Assembly: GCA_944326855.1 (NCBI GenBank)
Contig: CALVFO010000018.1
Location: 26,766-90,765 of the forward strand
DNA: 64,000 nucleotides
Origin: an uncultured Alistipes sp.
Lineage (GTDB): Bacteria; Bacteroidota; Bacteroidia; Bacteroidales; Rikenellaceae
Direction of reading: 5' to 3'
The notes beneath the pieces are model-generated. The model was not told the DNA's origin and ran no database searches. It was given only the letters and a program-made list of their open reading frames with translations. Below are positions 44,638 to 53,305 of this stretch, one piece after another. The translations under genes and the position numbers were made by a program. Numbering within the stretch: position 1 is the first letter of the stretch; every line of letters begins with the position of its first letter.

Positions 44638-46377
44638 TCAGGCTAAAATTTGCTGTGAACGAAATATTTCCCGGTAGGCAGACGATGTTTCCCGCAATTC
44701 ATCCGGGGTTCCGAAGGCTTCCAAACGACCCTCTTCGAGAAGCAGCACCCGGTCGGCCTCCTGCATGGTTTTTACCCGTTGGGTAATAATCAACAGGGTC
44801 GTATGGGGCAAATAGGAGCGTAAACCTTGCCACAGTTTCCGTTCGGTTTCGGCATCCACCGCACTGGTACTGTCGTCCAGAATCAACACTTGCGGATGGC
44901 GAAGCAAAGCCCGGGCAATGCACAGACGTTGTTTTTGCCCGCCGGACAGATTGACGCCTCCCCGACCCAGGCGCGTATGATAACCTTCCGGAAACGAAAC
45001 GATAAAATCATGCGCCTGTGCGGCCCGTGCGGCCTGTTCGACCTCCGGCATCGAGGCGGATTCATCGCCCCAACGCAAATTTTCCAAAATCGTCCCGCTC
45101 AACAGTTCGCTCTGTTGGAGCACCATCCCGACTCCCCGACGGAGGGTATCCAGGCTGTAATCCCGCACATCGATTCCGTCCACCAACACCGTTCCCGAGG
45201 TAACATCATACAAGCGAGGGACCAATTGCAACAAGGAACTTTTGGCGGCTCCGGTCGCCCCGGCCACCGCCACGCTCTCCCCGGCACGCACCCGGAAGCT
45301 CACCTCATGCAACAAATCCGTCTCGCCATCCCCATAGCGGAATGAAACATTTCTAAACTCGACCGATCCCTTTTCGATCCGATGTTCCATCCGTTTACCG
45401 GCCGCAGCATCGGTCAGCGAAGGTTCCGTATCGAGCACCTCGTCAACGCGCTGAAACGAAGCAGCCGCCCGAGCCACCGTCATGACGACCATCGAAAGCA
45501 TCATCAACGACATGAGGATCTGCATCAGATAATTCACGAAAGAGATCAAGGCTCCCACCTGCAAATCGCCGTCCGCCACCCGATAGGCTCCCGTCCATAG
45601 AATCACCACCACCGAAACGTTCAGGATCAACTGCATCAACGGGAAGAGCAGAACGACGATATTCGAAGCCCGGACCACGGTATCTTTCAACTGTTCGCTG
45701 CTACGGACGAATTTTCGGGTTTCAAAATCTTCCCGCACGAATGATTTCACGACCCGTATGTTGATCAGATTTTCCCGTACGATACCGTTCAAGGCGTCGA
45801 TCAGTCGTTGTATCTGTACGAAGCGGGGGAAACCTTTGCGCAAAACGATATAAACGCCTCCTCCCAACAGCGGAACGAAGCCCAACAGCATCCAGGCCAT
45901 ATCGGCGTCGAGGCGAGCCACGAAAAAAATCGCCATACAGAGCATCATCGGGGCCCGCAACAAGATACGCATGGCCATAAGAACCACCTGTTGGATTTTG
46001 GTAATGTCGTTCGTCAAACGAGTAATGAGGGAAGCGGACCCGAAGCGATCCATGTCGGGAAAAGAAAGTCGCTGAATATGGGCGAACAGGGTAGCGCGCA
46101 GATCGGTACCGAAGCCGGTCGAGACATTCGACGACAAATAGACATTGAACAGATTGGCTCCCAGACCGATCAAGGCACACAGAATCATCCATCCGCCTAA
46201 AAGCGTCAGGACCTGCATATCGCGTTCCAAAACTCCTCGATCGACCACTAAAGACATGAAATAAGGCTGGATTGTTTCGCACAGTACGGCTATCATCACC
46301 AGCAGGGGACTCACCCACAAACCGGTCCGATAACGTTTCAATATGTACCAGTATTTTTTCACGCCGAAGAGCTTCAC
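44638..46377 (-). CDS. ABC transporter permease/ATP-binding fusion (type I exporter half-transporter, MdlA-like); partner of the downstream gene
   Basis: ORF 44638..46377 (GTG start), 579 aa. It has Walker A GATGAAKSSL, signature LSGGQKQR and Walker B VLILDDSTS. A 5-nt gap separates it from the next ABC gene. Confidence 0.92.
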   Translation of the reverse strand: MKLFGVKKYWYILKRYRTGLWVSPLLVMIAVLCETIQPYFMSLVVDRGVLERDMQVLTLLGGWMILCALIGLGANLFNVYLSSNVSTGFGTDLRATLFAHIQRLSFPDMDRFGSASLITRLTNDITKIQQVVLMAMRILLRAPMMLCMAIFFVARLDADMAWMLLGFVPLLGGGVYIVLRKGFPRFVQIQRLIDALNGIVRENLINIRVVKSFVREDFETRKFVRSSEQLKDTVVRASNIVVLLFPLMQLILNVSVVVILWTGAYRVADGDLQVGALISFVNYLMQILMSLMMLSMVVMTVARAAASFQRVDEVLDTEPSLTDAAAGKRMEHRIEKGSVEFRNVSFRYGDGETDLLHEVSFRVRAGESVAVAGATGAAKSSLLQLVPRLYDVTSGTVLVDGIDVRDYSLDTLRRGVGMVLQQSELLSGTILENLRWGDESASMPEVEQAARAAQAHDFIVSFPEGYHTRLGRGGVNLSGGQKQRLCIARALLRHPQVLILDDSTSAVDAETERKLWQGLRSYLPHTTLLIITQRVKTMQEADRVLLLEEGRLEAFGTPDELRETSSAYREIFRSQQILA

Positions 46378-46916
46378 CGCCTAACGAAAACGAAAGATAC
46401 GGATAATTTTTCAATCCACTTCCGCCCGAGAATCCCGCAGTAAGGTCTCCGACCCGAAATTTCGATTTTCGACAGCCGACCTCCACGCTCCCAAGATCGT
46501 CTCATTTCTTCTTCCAGAAAGGAGGTATTACCGATCTATTGAGTTTTTCCTTTTCCAATCGCCCCATGACGCCTCTCAGGAAAGCCTTGCAGCGAACCTC
46601 CGAACGAGTCGATGAACGATCTGAACCGGGCGGATAAAGGCTCGAAAGACCCCAAACGGACCCGATATCTTTCAGTTCCGTCCGGCCCACACCCACGAGC
46701 ACACCGAGGGCATCACCCTGCACAAACGGCACAATCAAGGGCCATCCGCCGACCCCGTGCAACCGAGAAGATGACGAACGAAGATTACCACATACCCCCT
46801 AAAAACATGTTCAAAAACACTTTTTTGGGAAACACTTGTCATTTTTTTTGTAACTTAAGGTAGTCTATGAAAATCATCGATATCATTTTGGTTATTCACT
46901 TTTAATTTTTATCGCC

Positions 46917-47471
46917 ATGAAAAAAAGATCTATCGCCATTATGCTCGTGGCACTTCTGGGCCTTAGCATTACTTTCTCGTCCTGTATCGGATCGTTTCGT
47001 TTAAGCAATAAAGTATTGAGTTGGAACAAACAAGTGTCGAACAGTAAATTCGTCAATGAAGTCGTCTTTCTCTGTTTCTGGGTATTACCCGTATACGAAG
47101 TCACTACGATCGCCGATGTTCTGGTGGTCAACAGCATCGAATTCTGGAGCGGCGACAATCCGCTGGCAGAAGTAGACACGGAAAAATCCGTCCATGGGGA
47201 AAAAGGGGAGTATCTGGTGCGCTATAAACGAAACGGGTACCGGATTGTCAACCGTGAAACAAAAACCAGTGTCGATCTGATTTATAATAAAGAAACCCAA
47301 ACGTGGTCGGCCATGGCAAAAAACAAACCCATTGAATTCATGACTTTCCTCAATGACAATACGGTGAGAATCTACCTGCCAGGGGGTAAAACCATGAATG
47401 TCGAACTTTCGGAATCCGGCGTGGCCACCTTCAAGGAAGTCATCGAACGTGATTTTGCCATGCTTCATTAA
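46917..47471 (+). CDS. DUF3332 family lipoprotein
   Basis: ORF 46917..47471, 184 aa. It has the lipobox FSSC, and GSFRLSNKVLSWNKQVSNSKFVNEVVFLCFWVLPVYEVTTIADVLVVNSIEFW matches my recollection of the DUF3332 N-terminal pattern. The gene is AT-richer than its neighbours. Confidence 0.7.
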   Translation: MKKRSIAIMLVALLGLSITFSSCIGSFRLSNKVLSWNKQVSNSKFVNEVVFLCFWVLPVYEVTTIADVLVVNSIEFWSGDNPLAEVDTEKSVHGEKGEYLVRYKRNGYRIVNRETKTSVDLIYNKETQTWSAMAKNKPIEFMTFLNDNTVRIYLPGGKTMNVELSESGVATFKEVIERDFAMLH

Positions 47472-47582
47472 CCGTACTCAGGGAACCGTATCACGGAGAG
47501 ACGCTCCGAGGACACTCCTTTGTTCTTCGTGGAGGTTTTTCCGGCCAGGGAATCGTTCGTGATGCCGTTCCGGGGCTTTTCT

Positions 47583-47634
47583 AAAAACCGACAGGGATCC
47601 GCATAGGACAAAATGCCGTTCCTGTCGGTTTTTT
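47583..47634 (+). terminator. Probable terminator after the DUF3332 gene (long-loop hairpin)
   Basis: 13-bp arms aaaaaccgacagg / cctgtcggttttt (47583-47595 / 47621-47633) with a 25-nt loop and a T-run. Confidence 0.55.
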
Positions 47635-47743
47635 CATGCGTTTGTACCGGATGAATCCAAGGAACAGGTAGGGGGATTCGGTTTCAGGAAAGAGTTCTCC
47701 CCCTTGCGAAATCCACCGCTCGACACAACGCGTATAAAAAGAA

Positions 47744-47773
47744 AAGAGGTTACGATTTTCATCGTAACCTCTT
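47744..47773 (-). terminator. Rho-independent terminator downstream of tRNA-Asn
   Basis: 13-bp stem aagaggttacgat / atcgtaacctctt with loop tttc. On the minus strand it is followed by ttttcttttt. Confidence 0.75.
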
Positions 47774-47783
47774 CATTTTCGAG

Positions 47784-47857
47784 CTCCTCAACCAGGACTT
47801 GAACCTGGGACCCCCTGATTAACAGTCAGGTGCTCTAACCAACTGAGCTATTGAGGA
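47784..47857 (-). tRNA. tRNA-Asn: tRNA-Asn (anticodon GTT), 74 nt, CCA not encoded
   Basis: The manual cloverleaf on the minus strand is TCCTCAA-TA-GCTC-AGTTGGTTA-GAGC-A-CCTGA-CTGTTAA-TCAGG-GGGTC-CCAGG-TTCAAGT-CCTGG-TTGAGGA-G. All four stems are fully paired, and the GTTCAAGT-type T-loop and GTT anticodon are present. Confidence 0.95.
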
Positions 47858-47892
47858 AAATATCGCTACCGGCTTGATCGCTTTTGCGAGTG

Positions 47893-47923
47893 CAAATATA
47901 CGGCAAAATCTTTATTCTCCAAA
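47893..47923 (-). promoter_or_regulatory. Canonical Bacteroidota sigma-A-type promoter for tRNA-Asn: -33 TTTG, 19-nt spacer, -7 TATATTTG
   Basis: On the minus strand, TTTG lies at 47923-47920 and TATATTTG at 47900-47893. The -7 box ends 35 nt upstream of the mature tRNA 5' end. Confidence 0.6.
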
Positions 47924-47996
47924 AAAACCGGCGAAAAAAAATCATTTTTCTGCATATTCTCTTCGGCTCCGATCACCCGATATCCTTCACCTGGAA

Positions 47997-48659
47997 TCAA
48001 GACCGATTGATTACCTGCATCTTGTCGTCCAGTTCCACCCAACGGGCCGAGACATGATAACGAGCCATATATTGTTTCAGATAACGTCGGGTATCTTCCA
48101 CGATCGGAGAGTCCGTGACCGGATAGAGGTTATACACCAACATGGCTACATCGATTCCCCGCGTACGACAGGTTTCCAGGGACAAAACCGTATGGTTGAT
48201 GCTGCCCAAACGGGAGGAGGTCACCAAAATCAAGGGCAACTTCCGTTCGGCAATATAATCGATCGTACTGTACGTATCCGTCAGGGGAACGAACAAGCCG
48301 CCGGCCCCTTCCAATAATACCGTATCGTAACGTTCCAACAATTTCCGGCTGCTGCGATCGACCAACGCCAGATCGATTTCACGACCATCCATACGTGCCG
48401 CCAATTGGGGCGACGAGGGATACGTAAAAATCAACGGACAGGTCGTCCCATCCAAATCTTCCGGTTGCAAGGGAATTCCCATCAGCCGACGATGCAATTC
48501 GATATCTTCGGAAATCGAACGATTTCCGGTCTGAATAAACTTTTGGGTGATCACCCGACGGCCTTCCGCACGCCACAACCGAGCCAAAGCACCCGTCGCT
48601 ACGCTTTTCCCCGCATCGGTATCGATTCCACTGACAAAATAGATATTTTTATCTTTCAT
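47997..48659 (-). CDS. bioD: Dethiobiotin synthase
   Basis: ORF 47997..48776. The likely start is M40 at 48659 (MKDKNIYFVSGIDTDAGKSVATGAL, the BioD P-loop). LLEGAGGLFVPL and GSINHTVL motifs are colinear with E. coli BioD. Confidence 0.9.
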   Translation of the reverse strand: MKDKNIYFVSGIDTDAGKSVATGALARLWRAEGRRVITQKFIQTGNRSISEDIELHRRLMGIPLQPEDLDGTTCPLIFTYPSSPQLAARMDGREIDLALVDRSSRKLLERYDTVLLEGAGGLFVPLTDTYSTIDYIAERKLPLILVTSSRLGSINHTVLSLETCRTRGIDVAMLVYNLYPVTDSPIVEDTRRYLKQYMARYHVSARWVELDDKMQVINRS

Positions 48660-48678
48660 CGGAATAAATTTTTGTGCC

Positions 48679-48710
48679 CAAAAGTAGTACCTTTGTCGTT
48701 TGGAACCAAA
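48679..48710 (-). promoter_or_regulatory. Candidate bioD promoter: -33 TTTG, 20-nt spacer, -7 TACTTTTG
   Basis: On the minus strand, TTTG lies at 48710-48707 and TACTTTTG at 48686-48679, about 20 nt upstream of ATG 48659. Confidence 0.55.
48688..48695 (+). promoter_or_regulatory. Candidate bioB -7 box TACCTTTG, back-to-back with the bioD -7 box
   Basis: Exact TAnnTTTG on the plus strand, 84 nt upstream of ATG 48779. The nearest upstream TTTG (48671-48674) is only 13 nt away, which is a suboptimal spacing. Confidence 0.4.
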
Positions 48711-48778
48711 TATTTCACCGGGCACTCTCGTTTCTATAACACGGTTTATCCCCAAGTGTCCCGCCAAATCAGACAACC

Positions 48779-49750
48779 ATGAAATGCAATACGCCCCATA
48801 TTTCCGAACTGGAACTCCGACTGAAAGCAGGATACCGCATCGGCTATGACGAAGCCCTGGACCTGCTACACACCATTCCCGAAGAAGAACTTTTCGCGCT
48901 GGCCCACCGGTTACGGCTCCACTATCAAGGGAAACAGTTCGAAACCTGTTCGATCATGAACGCCCGCAGCGGACGGTGCAGCGAAGACTGTAAATGGTGT
49001 GCCCAATCGAAATATCACCGAACCGACATTCAGGTCTATCCGCTGGTCGATGAACCCGAAGCGCTGGCCGAAGCCCGGCACAACGCCTCCAAAGGCGTAA
49101 AACGCTTTTCGCTGGTAACCAGCGGACGCAGCCTGACGGATCGGGAAATCGACAAAATCTGTCAGATCTATCGCCGGATTGCTTCGGAAGGGAATATCCG
49201 TTTATGCGCCTCATTGGGGCTGCTGAACCGGAAACAACTGATGAAACTGAAAGCCAGCGGAGTGGAACGTTACCATTGCAACCTGGAAACCGCCCCTTCC
49301 TATTTCAGCCAATTGTGTACGACCCATACGCCCGAAGAAAAGATGCAGACCATCCGATGGGCTCGGGAAGCCGGGTTGAGTATCTGTTCAGGAGGGATCA
49401 TCGGCATGGGCGAAAGCGAAGAACAGCGCATCGAATTTGCCATTACGCTCCAACAGTTGGGGGTCGATTCCATCCCGATGAACGTCCTCAATCCCATTCC
49501 CGGAACCGCCCTTGAGAACATGCCGCCTTTGAGCGACGGCGAAGTATTGCGGGCCATGGCCATGATGCGTATTATCAATCCCACGGCCGACATTCGTCTG
49601 GCCGGCGGGCGCAACCGCATCAAACACCTCGAACCCCGCACGCTATTTTGCGGCGTAAGCGCCTCGATCGTAGGGGATATGCTGACCACGGCGGGCTCGG
49701 ACATCGACACCGATAAAGCAATGTTCCGCTCGTACGGATTCGAAGTTTAA
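48779..49750 (+). CDS. bioB: Biotin synthase (radical SAM)
   Basis: ORF 48779..49750, 323 aa. It has the CSEDCKWC radical-SAM CxxxCxxC motif, plus RYHCNLETAPSYF and GGIIGMGES motifs. Confidence 0.93.
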   Translation: MKCNTPHISELELRLKAGYRIGYDEALDLLHTIPEEELFALAHRLRLHYQGKQFETCSIMNARSGRCSEDCKWCAQSKYHRTDIQVYPLVDEPEALAEARHNASKGVKRFSLVTSGRSLTDREIDKICQIYRRIASEGNIRLCASLGLLNRKQLMKLKASGVERYHCNLETAPSYFSQLCTTHTPEEKMQTIRWAREAGLSICSGGIIGMGESEEQRIEFAITLQQLGVDSIPMNVLNPIPGTALENMPPLSDGEVLRAMAMMRIINPTADIRLAGGRNRIKHLEPRTLFCGVSASIVGDMLTTAGSDIDTDKAMFRSYGFEV

Positions 49751-49768
49751 GAAAATGACCGATTAGTT

Positions 49769-50863
49769 ATGAAAACCATCGCCTTTCTTTTCACCTTGCT
49801 GGGCCTGCTGATGCAAACTCACACGCAGGCACAAAGCAAAACTCCCTCGACCATGAAATTCGAGGAAAAGAGCTGGAACTTCGGCAACATCAAAGAAGCA
49901 AACGGAGACGTATCGCATACTTTCGTATTCACCAATACGGGAGCAGACCCCTTCGTCATCGAACGGGTCACCACCTCCTGCGGCTGTACGACGCCGGAAT
50001 ATACCCGGGAGCCGATCTTGCCGGGACGAAAAGGGACCATCAAGGTCACCTTCAACCCCGAAGGTCGTCCGGGGCCGTTTCAGAAAACGATTACGATCAC
50101 CAGCCACAATAGCCAAAATCAGAATCAACTACAGATTACCGGAACGGTCATCGGACGTCCGCGTTCCCCGGAAGAAGAATACCCGGTTTCCATCAGCGAC
50201 GGCCTTCGAACTACACGTCAGAGCTGCGGGCTGGGATACCTGCCTCGCGGAGGCACCAAATCCACCACCGTCGAGTACATGAACGACTCTCCAGTATCGA
50301 TCCGGCTGGATGTCGCCTATAAAGAAAAAAATGATTATTTTACGGTGGTTTTCGCTCCGCAAACGCTGCCTCCCGGCGGCAAAGGGGTGATGACCTTGAG
50401 TTACGACCTGCGTGAAGCAGACCTGTGGGGCCGACTCAACGATGAGTTCTATCTGGTGATCAACGGGAAACAAACCACCCCCCGTTTCTCCGCTACGGGG
50501 ATCGCCACCGAAGATTACTCCTCGATGAGCCAGCAGGAACTCAATCGGGCGGCCAAAGCCAATTTTTCATCGCAATATTACCATTTCGGTACGCTCAAGG
50601 CCGGAACGGTCCGCAAACGCGATTTTACGATTACCAACAACGGCAGCCAACCGCTCAAAATACAATACCTGAAAAAAGGTCCCCACACGGAGATTACGTT
50701 AAACGAGGGAATGACGCTGGCTCCGGGTAAAAGCATGACCTTCACGGCCACCCTGAACACCACCGGTGTTGCATCGGGACGTTTTATGGACAATACGGTA
50801 ATTATCCTCAACGATCCTCTGCGCCCCATGCGGGAAATCCGGCTGGCCGCTACCATATTGTAA
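49769..50863 (+). CDS. Secreted DUF1573 domain protein (two DUF1573/PapD-like repeats)
   Basis: ORF 49769..50863, 364 aa. It has a signal peptide. FNFGNIKEANGDVSHTFVFTNTGADPFVIERVTTSCGCTTPEY is the classic DUF1573 signature, and a second divergent copy lies near YHFGTLKAGTVRKRDFTITNNGSQPLKI. Confidence 0.8.
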   Translation: MKTIAFLFTLLGLLMQTHTQAQSKTPSTMKFEEKSWNFGNIKEANGDVSHTFVFTNTGADPFVIERVTTSCGCTTPEYTREPILPGRKGTIKVTFNPEGRPGPFQKTITITSHNSQNQNQLQITGTVIGRPRSPEEEYPVSISDGLRTTRQSCGLGYLPRGGTKSTTVEYMNDSPVSIRLDVAYKEKNDYFTVVFAPQTLPPGGKGVMTLSYDLREADLWGRLNDEFYLVINGKQTTPRFSATGIATEDYSSMSQQELNRAAKANFSSQYYHFGTLKAGTVRKRDFTITNNGSQPLKIQYLKKGPHTEITLNEGMTLAPGKSMTFTATLNTTGVASGRFMDNTVIILNDPLRPMREIRLAATIL

Positions 50864-50882
50864 ACTATTCCAACCAGATACC

Positions 50883-51767
50883 ATGTTCCGTATACTTCAC
50901 AAACAAGCCCTGACCGATCAGATCTACCTGATGAACATCGAAGCGCCTCGGGTCGCCCGATCGGCTCAACCGGGACAATTCATCATTCTGCGTATCGACG
51001 AACAAGGCGAACGTGTTCCGCTGACCATCGCCGATTACAACGCCGAAAAAGGCTACGTAACGATCGTTACCCAAACGGTGGGTTATTCGACCGGCAAACT
51101 GTGCGCTCTGAACGAAGGCGACTGCATCGCCGATTTTGCAGGACCGCTGGGACGTCCTTCGGAGTTCATCCACACCGACCCCGAAACCCTGCGACACAAA
51201 AAAATTCTCTTCATTGCCGGTGGGGTAGGTACCGCCCCGGTATACCCTCAGGTCAAATGGCTGCACGAACACGGCGTACAGGCCGACGTGATCATCGGGG
51301 CTAAAAACAAACAAACCCTGATTCTGGTAGAGCGCATGCGCGAAGTGGCCGGGCAGGTATACCTGGCTACCGACGACGGCAGCGAAGGTTACAAAGGCAT
51401 GGTAACCGGACTGCTGAGCGAACTGATCGAGAAAGAGGGTAAACAATACGATGAAGTGGTCGCCATCGGCCCGATGATCATGATGAAATTCGTCTGCCTG
51501 ACCACCCTCAAATACGGCATCAAAACAACCGTCAGCCTCAACACGCTGATGGTCGACGGAACAGGCATGTGCGGGGCCTGTCGGGTTACGGTGGGCGGGA
51601 AAACCCGGTTCACCTGTGTGGAAGGCCCCGAATTCGACGGACACCAGGTCGATTTCGACGAAGCGATGCGCCGTCAGGGCATGTACCGCACCCTCGAAAG
51701 CCGGAAAGAAAAAATGGCTCGGGAACGGGCCGAAGGCCATGTTTGCAAAGTGGGTTTGGATCAATAA
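50883..51767 (+). CDS. Sulfide/dihydroorotate dehydrogenase-like FAD/NAD-binding [2Fe-2S] protein (NfnA / GltD-partner type)
   Basis: ORF 50883..51767, 294 aa. It has a ferredoxin-reductase-type layout (RVPLTIADY, GGVGTAPV) and a C-terminal MCGACRV...FTCVEGPEF iron-sulfur motif. Confidence 0.85.
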   Translation: MFRILHKQALTDQIYLMNIEAPRVARSAQPGQFIILRIDEQGERVPLTIADYNAEKGYVTIVTQTVGYSTGKLCALNEGDCIADFAGPLGRPSEFIHTDPETLRHKKILFIAGGVGTAPVYPQVKWLHEHGVQADVIIGAKNKQTLILVERMREVAGQVYLATDDGSEGYKGMVTGLLSELIEKEGKQYDEVVAIGPMIMMKFVCLTTLKYGIKTTVSLNTLMVDGTGMCGACRVTVGGKTRFTCVEGPEFDGHQVDFDEAMRRQGMYRTLESRKEKMARERAEGHVCKVGLDQ

Positions 51768-51779
51768 CATCACGCACGT

Positions 51780-53171
51780 ATGAGCAACAAAATACCCCGC
51801 GTTCCCGTTCGGGAACAAGACCCTCGCGTCAGGGTTACCAATTTCGAAGAAGTATGCTACGGCTACAATTTGGAAGAAGCCCGATTGGAAGCTTCGCGCT
51901 GTCTGCACTGCCGCAAACCGCGTTGCGTCGAACATTGTCCGGTTTCGATCCAGATTCCGGATTTCATTCGTCAGGTGGCCGAAGGCAATCTGGAAGAAGC
52001 CGCCTCGATCATTGCCGAAGACAGTTCCCTGCCTTCGGTCTGCGGACGGGTTTGTCCTCAGGAAAGCCAGTGTGAAGGAGCCTGCGTATTGGGCGTCAAA
52101 GGAGAACCGGTCGCCATCGGCAAACTGGAACGATTCGTAGGCGACTGGAACATCGCCCATGGTTCGCTTTCCGTCGAAAAATGCCCTGCCAACGGCAAAA
52201 AAGTGGCCGTCATCGGCAGCGGTCCGGCCGGGCTGGCTTGTGCCTCGGATTTGGCCAAGGCGGGTTATCAGGTCAAGATTTTCGAAGCCTTGCATCGTCC
52301 GGGCGGCGTATTGGAATACGGGATTCCCGAATTCCGTCTGCCCAAAGAGAAGGTCGTGGCCGCCGAGGTGGAAAATGTCAAACGCCTGGGCGTCGAAATC
52401 GAAACGGATGTGATCGTGGGCCGTACCGTCACCATCGACGAACTGATGGACCGGGAAGGTTACTCGGCCGTTTTCATCGGCTCGGGAGCCGGATTGCCCC
52501 GCTTCATGAATATTCCCGGAGAGAACCTGAATGGGGTGGTCTCGGCCAATGAATTTCTGACCCGCACCAACCTGATGAAAGCCTACGACGACCGTTACGA
52601 TACCCCGATCTATGTCGGTCATAAGGTCGTTGTCGTCGGGGGAGGGAACGTCGCCATGGATGCCGTTCGTACCGCCGCCCGTTTAGGGGCCGAAGCCTAC
52701 ATCGTGTATCGCCGGGGAGAAGCCGAACTGCCGGCCCGTCAGGAAGAGGTACACCACGCCAAAGAAGAGGGAATCGCTTTCCATATGCTGACGAACCCCA
52801 CCGAAATTCTGGGCAGCGAAGCCGGGTGGGTGAGAGCCATACGTTGTATCCGCATGGAGTTGGGAGAGCCCGACGCATCGGGACGTCGCTCTCCGATTCC
52901 CATTCCCGGATCGGAATTCGAGCTCGAATGCGATGTGGTCATCATGGCCTTGGGGACCTCGCCCAATCCGCTGATCGCCTCGACCACGGCAGGTCTCGAA
53001 ACCAACCGCTGGGGCTGTTTGGTCGCCGATGACAACGGACAAACGACCCGACCGGGCATTTTTGCCGGTGGAGACGCCGTCACCGGAGCCGCCACCGTCA
53101 TTCTGGCCATGGGCGCCGGACGCAAAGCCGCTCAGGCCATCGACCGCTATCTCAGCGATCAACCGGCCTAA
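51780..53171 (+). CDS. NADPH-dependent glutamate synthase small-chain-like oxidoreductase (homotetrameric GltA / NfnB type)
   Basis: ORF 51780..53171, 463 aa. It has N-terminal 4Fe-4S cysteine clusters (CLHCRKPRCVEHCP, CGRVCPQESQCEGAC) and two dinucleotide folds (VAVIGSGPAGLACA, VVVVGGGNVAMD). Confidence 0.88.
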   Translation: MSNKIPRVPVREQDPRVRVTNFEEVCYGYNLEEARLEASRCLHCRKPRCVEHCPVSIQIPDFIRQVAEGNLEEAASIIAEDSSLPSVCGRVCPQESQCEGACVLGVKGEPVAIGKLERFVGDWNIAHGSLSVEKCPANGKKVAVIGSGPAGLACASDLAKAGYQVKIFEALHRPGGVLEYGIPEFRLPKEKVVAAEVENVKRLGVEIETDVIVGRTVTIDELMDREGYSAVFIGSGAGLPRFMNIPGENLNGVVSANEFLTRTNLMKAYDDRYDTPIYVGHKVVVVGGGNVAMDAVRTAARLGAEAYIVYRRGEAELPARQEEVHHAKEEGIAFHMLTNPTEILGSEAGWVRAIRCIRMELGEPDASGRRSPIPIPGSEFELECDVVIMALGTSPNPLIASTTAGLETNRWGCLVADDNGQTTRPGIFAGGDAVTGAATVILAMGAGRKAAQAIDRYLSDQPA

Positions 53172-53217
53172 CGATCGCGCACGATCCGACCTCGGTCATC
53201 ACACCGAATTTTCCTCG

Positions 53218-53245
53218 AAAGCTCGTCGATGTTCGACGAGCTTTT
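53218..53245 (+). terminator. Rho-independent terminator after the NfnB/GltA-like gene
   Basis: Stem aaagctcgtcga / tcgacgagcttt with a 3-nt loop, followed by a short T-run. Confidence 0.7.
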
Positions 53246-53305
53246 GATTTGGAGAAACCGATCAAACTGACTAACTTAGGGTATTCGTTAACCTTTCATA
53301 CAATT

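Noticed and set aside
46502-46762. 86-aa minus-strand ORF (TTG start) upstream of the ABC exporter operon as a candidate missing regulator
   Set aside because: It has no helix-turn-helix or other recognisable motif, a non-ATG start, and overlapping alternative-frame ORFs of similar length. I keep it only as part of the gene-less-gap finding.
47472-47996. Integrated mobile element at tRNA-Asn
   Set aside because: No integrase, excisionase, transposase or direct repeat of the tRNA 3' end was found in the flanks. Only a mild compositional shift is present.
50865-52622. 585-aa minus-strand ORF
   Set aside because: It is antisense to the NfnA-like and GltA/NfnB-like genes, both of which have diagnostic Fe-S and dinucleotide-binding motifs. 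It is a shadow ORF.
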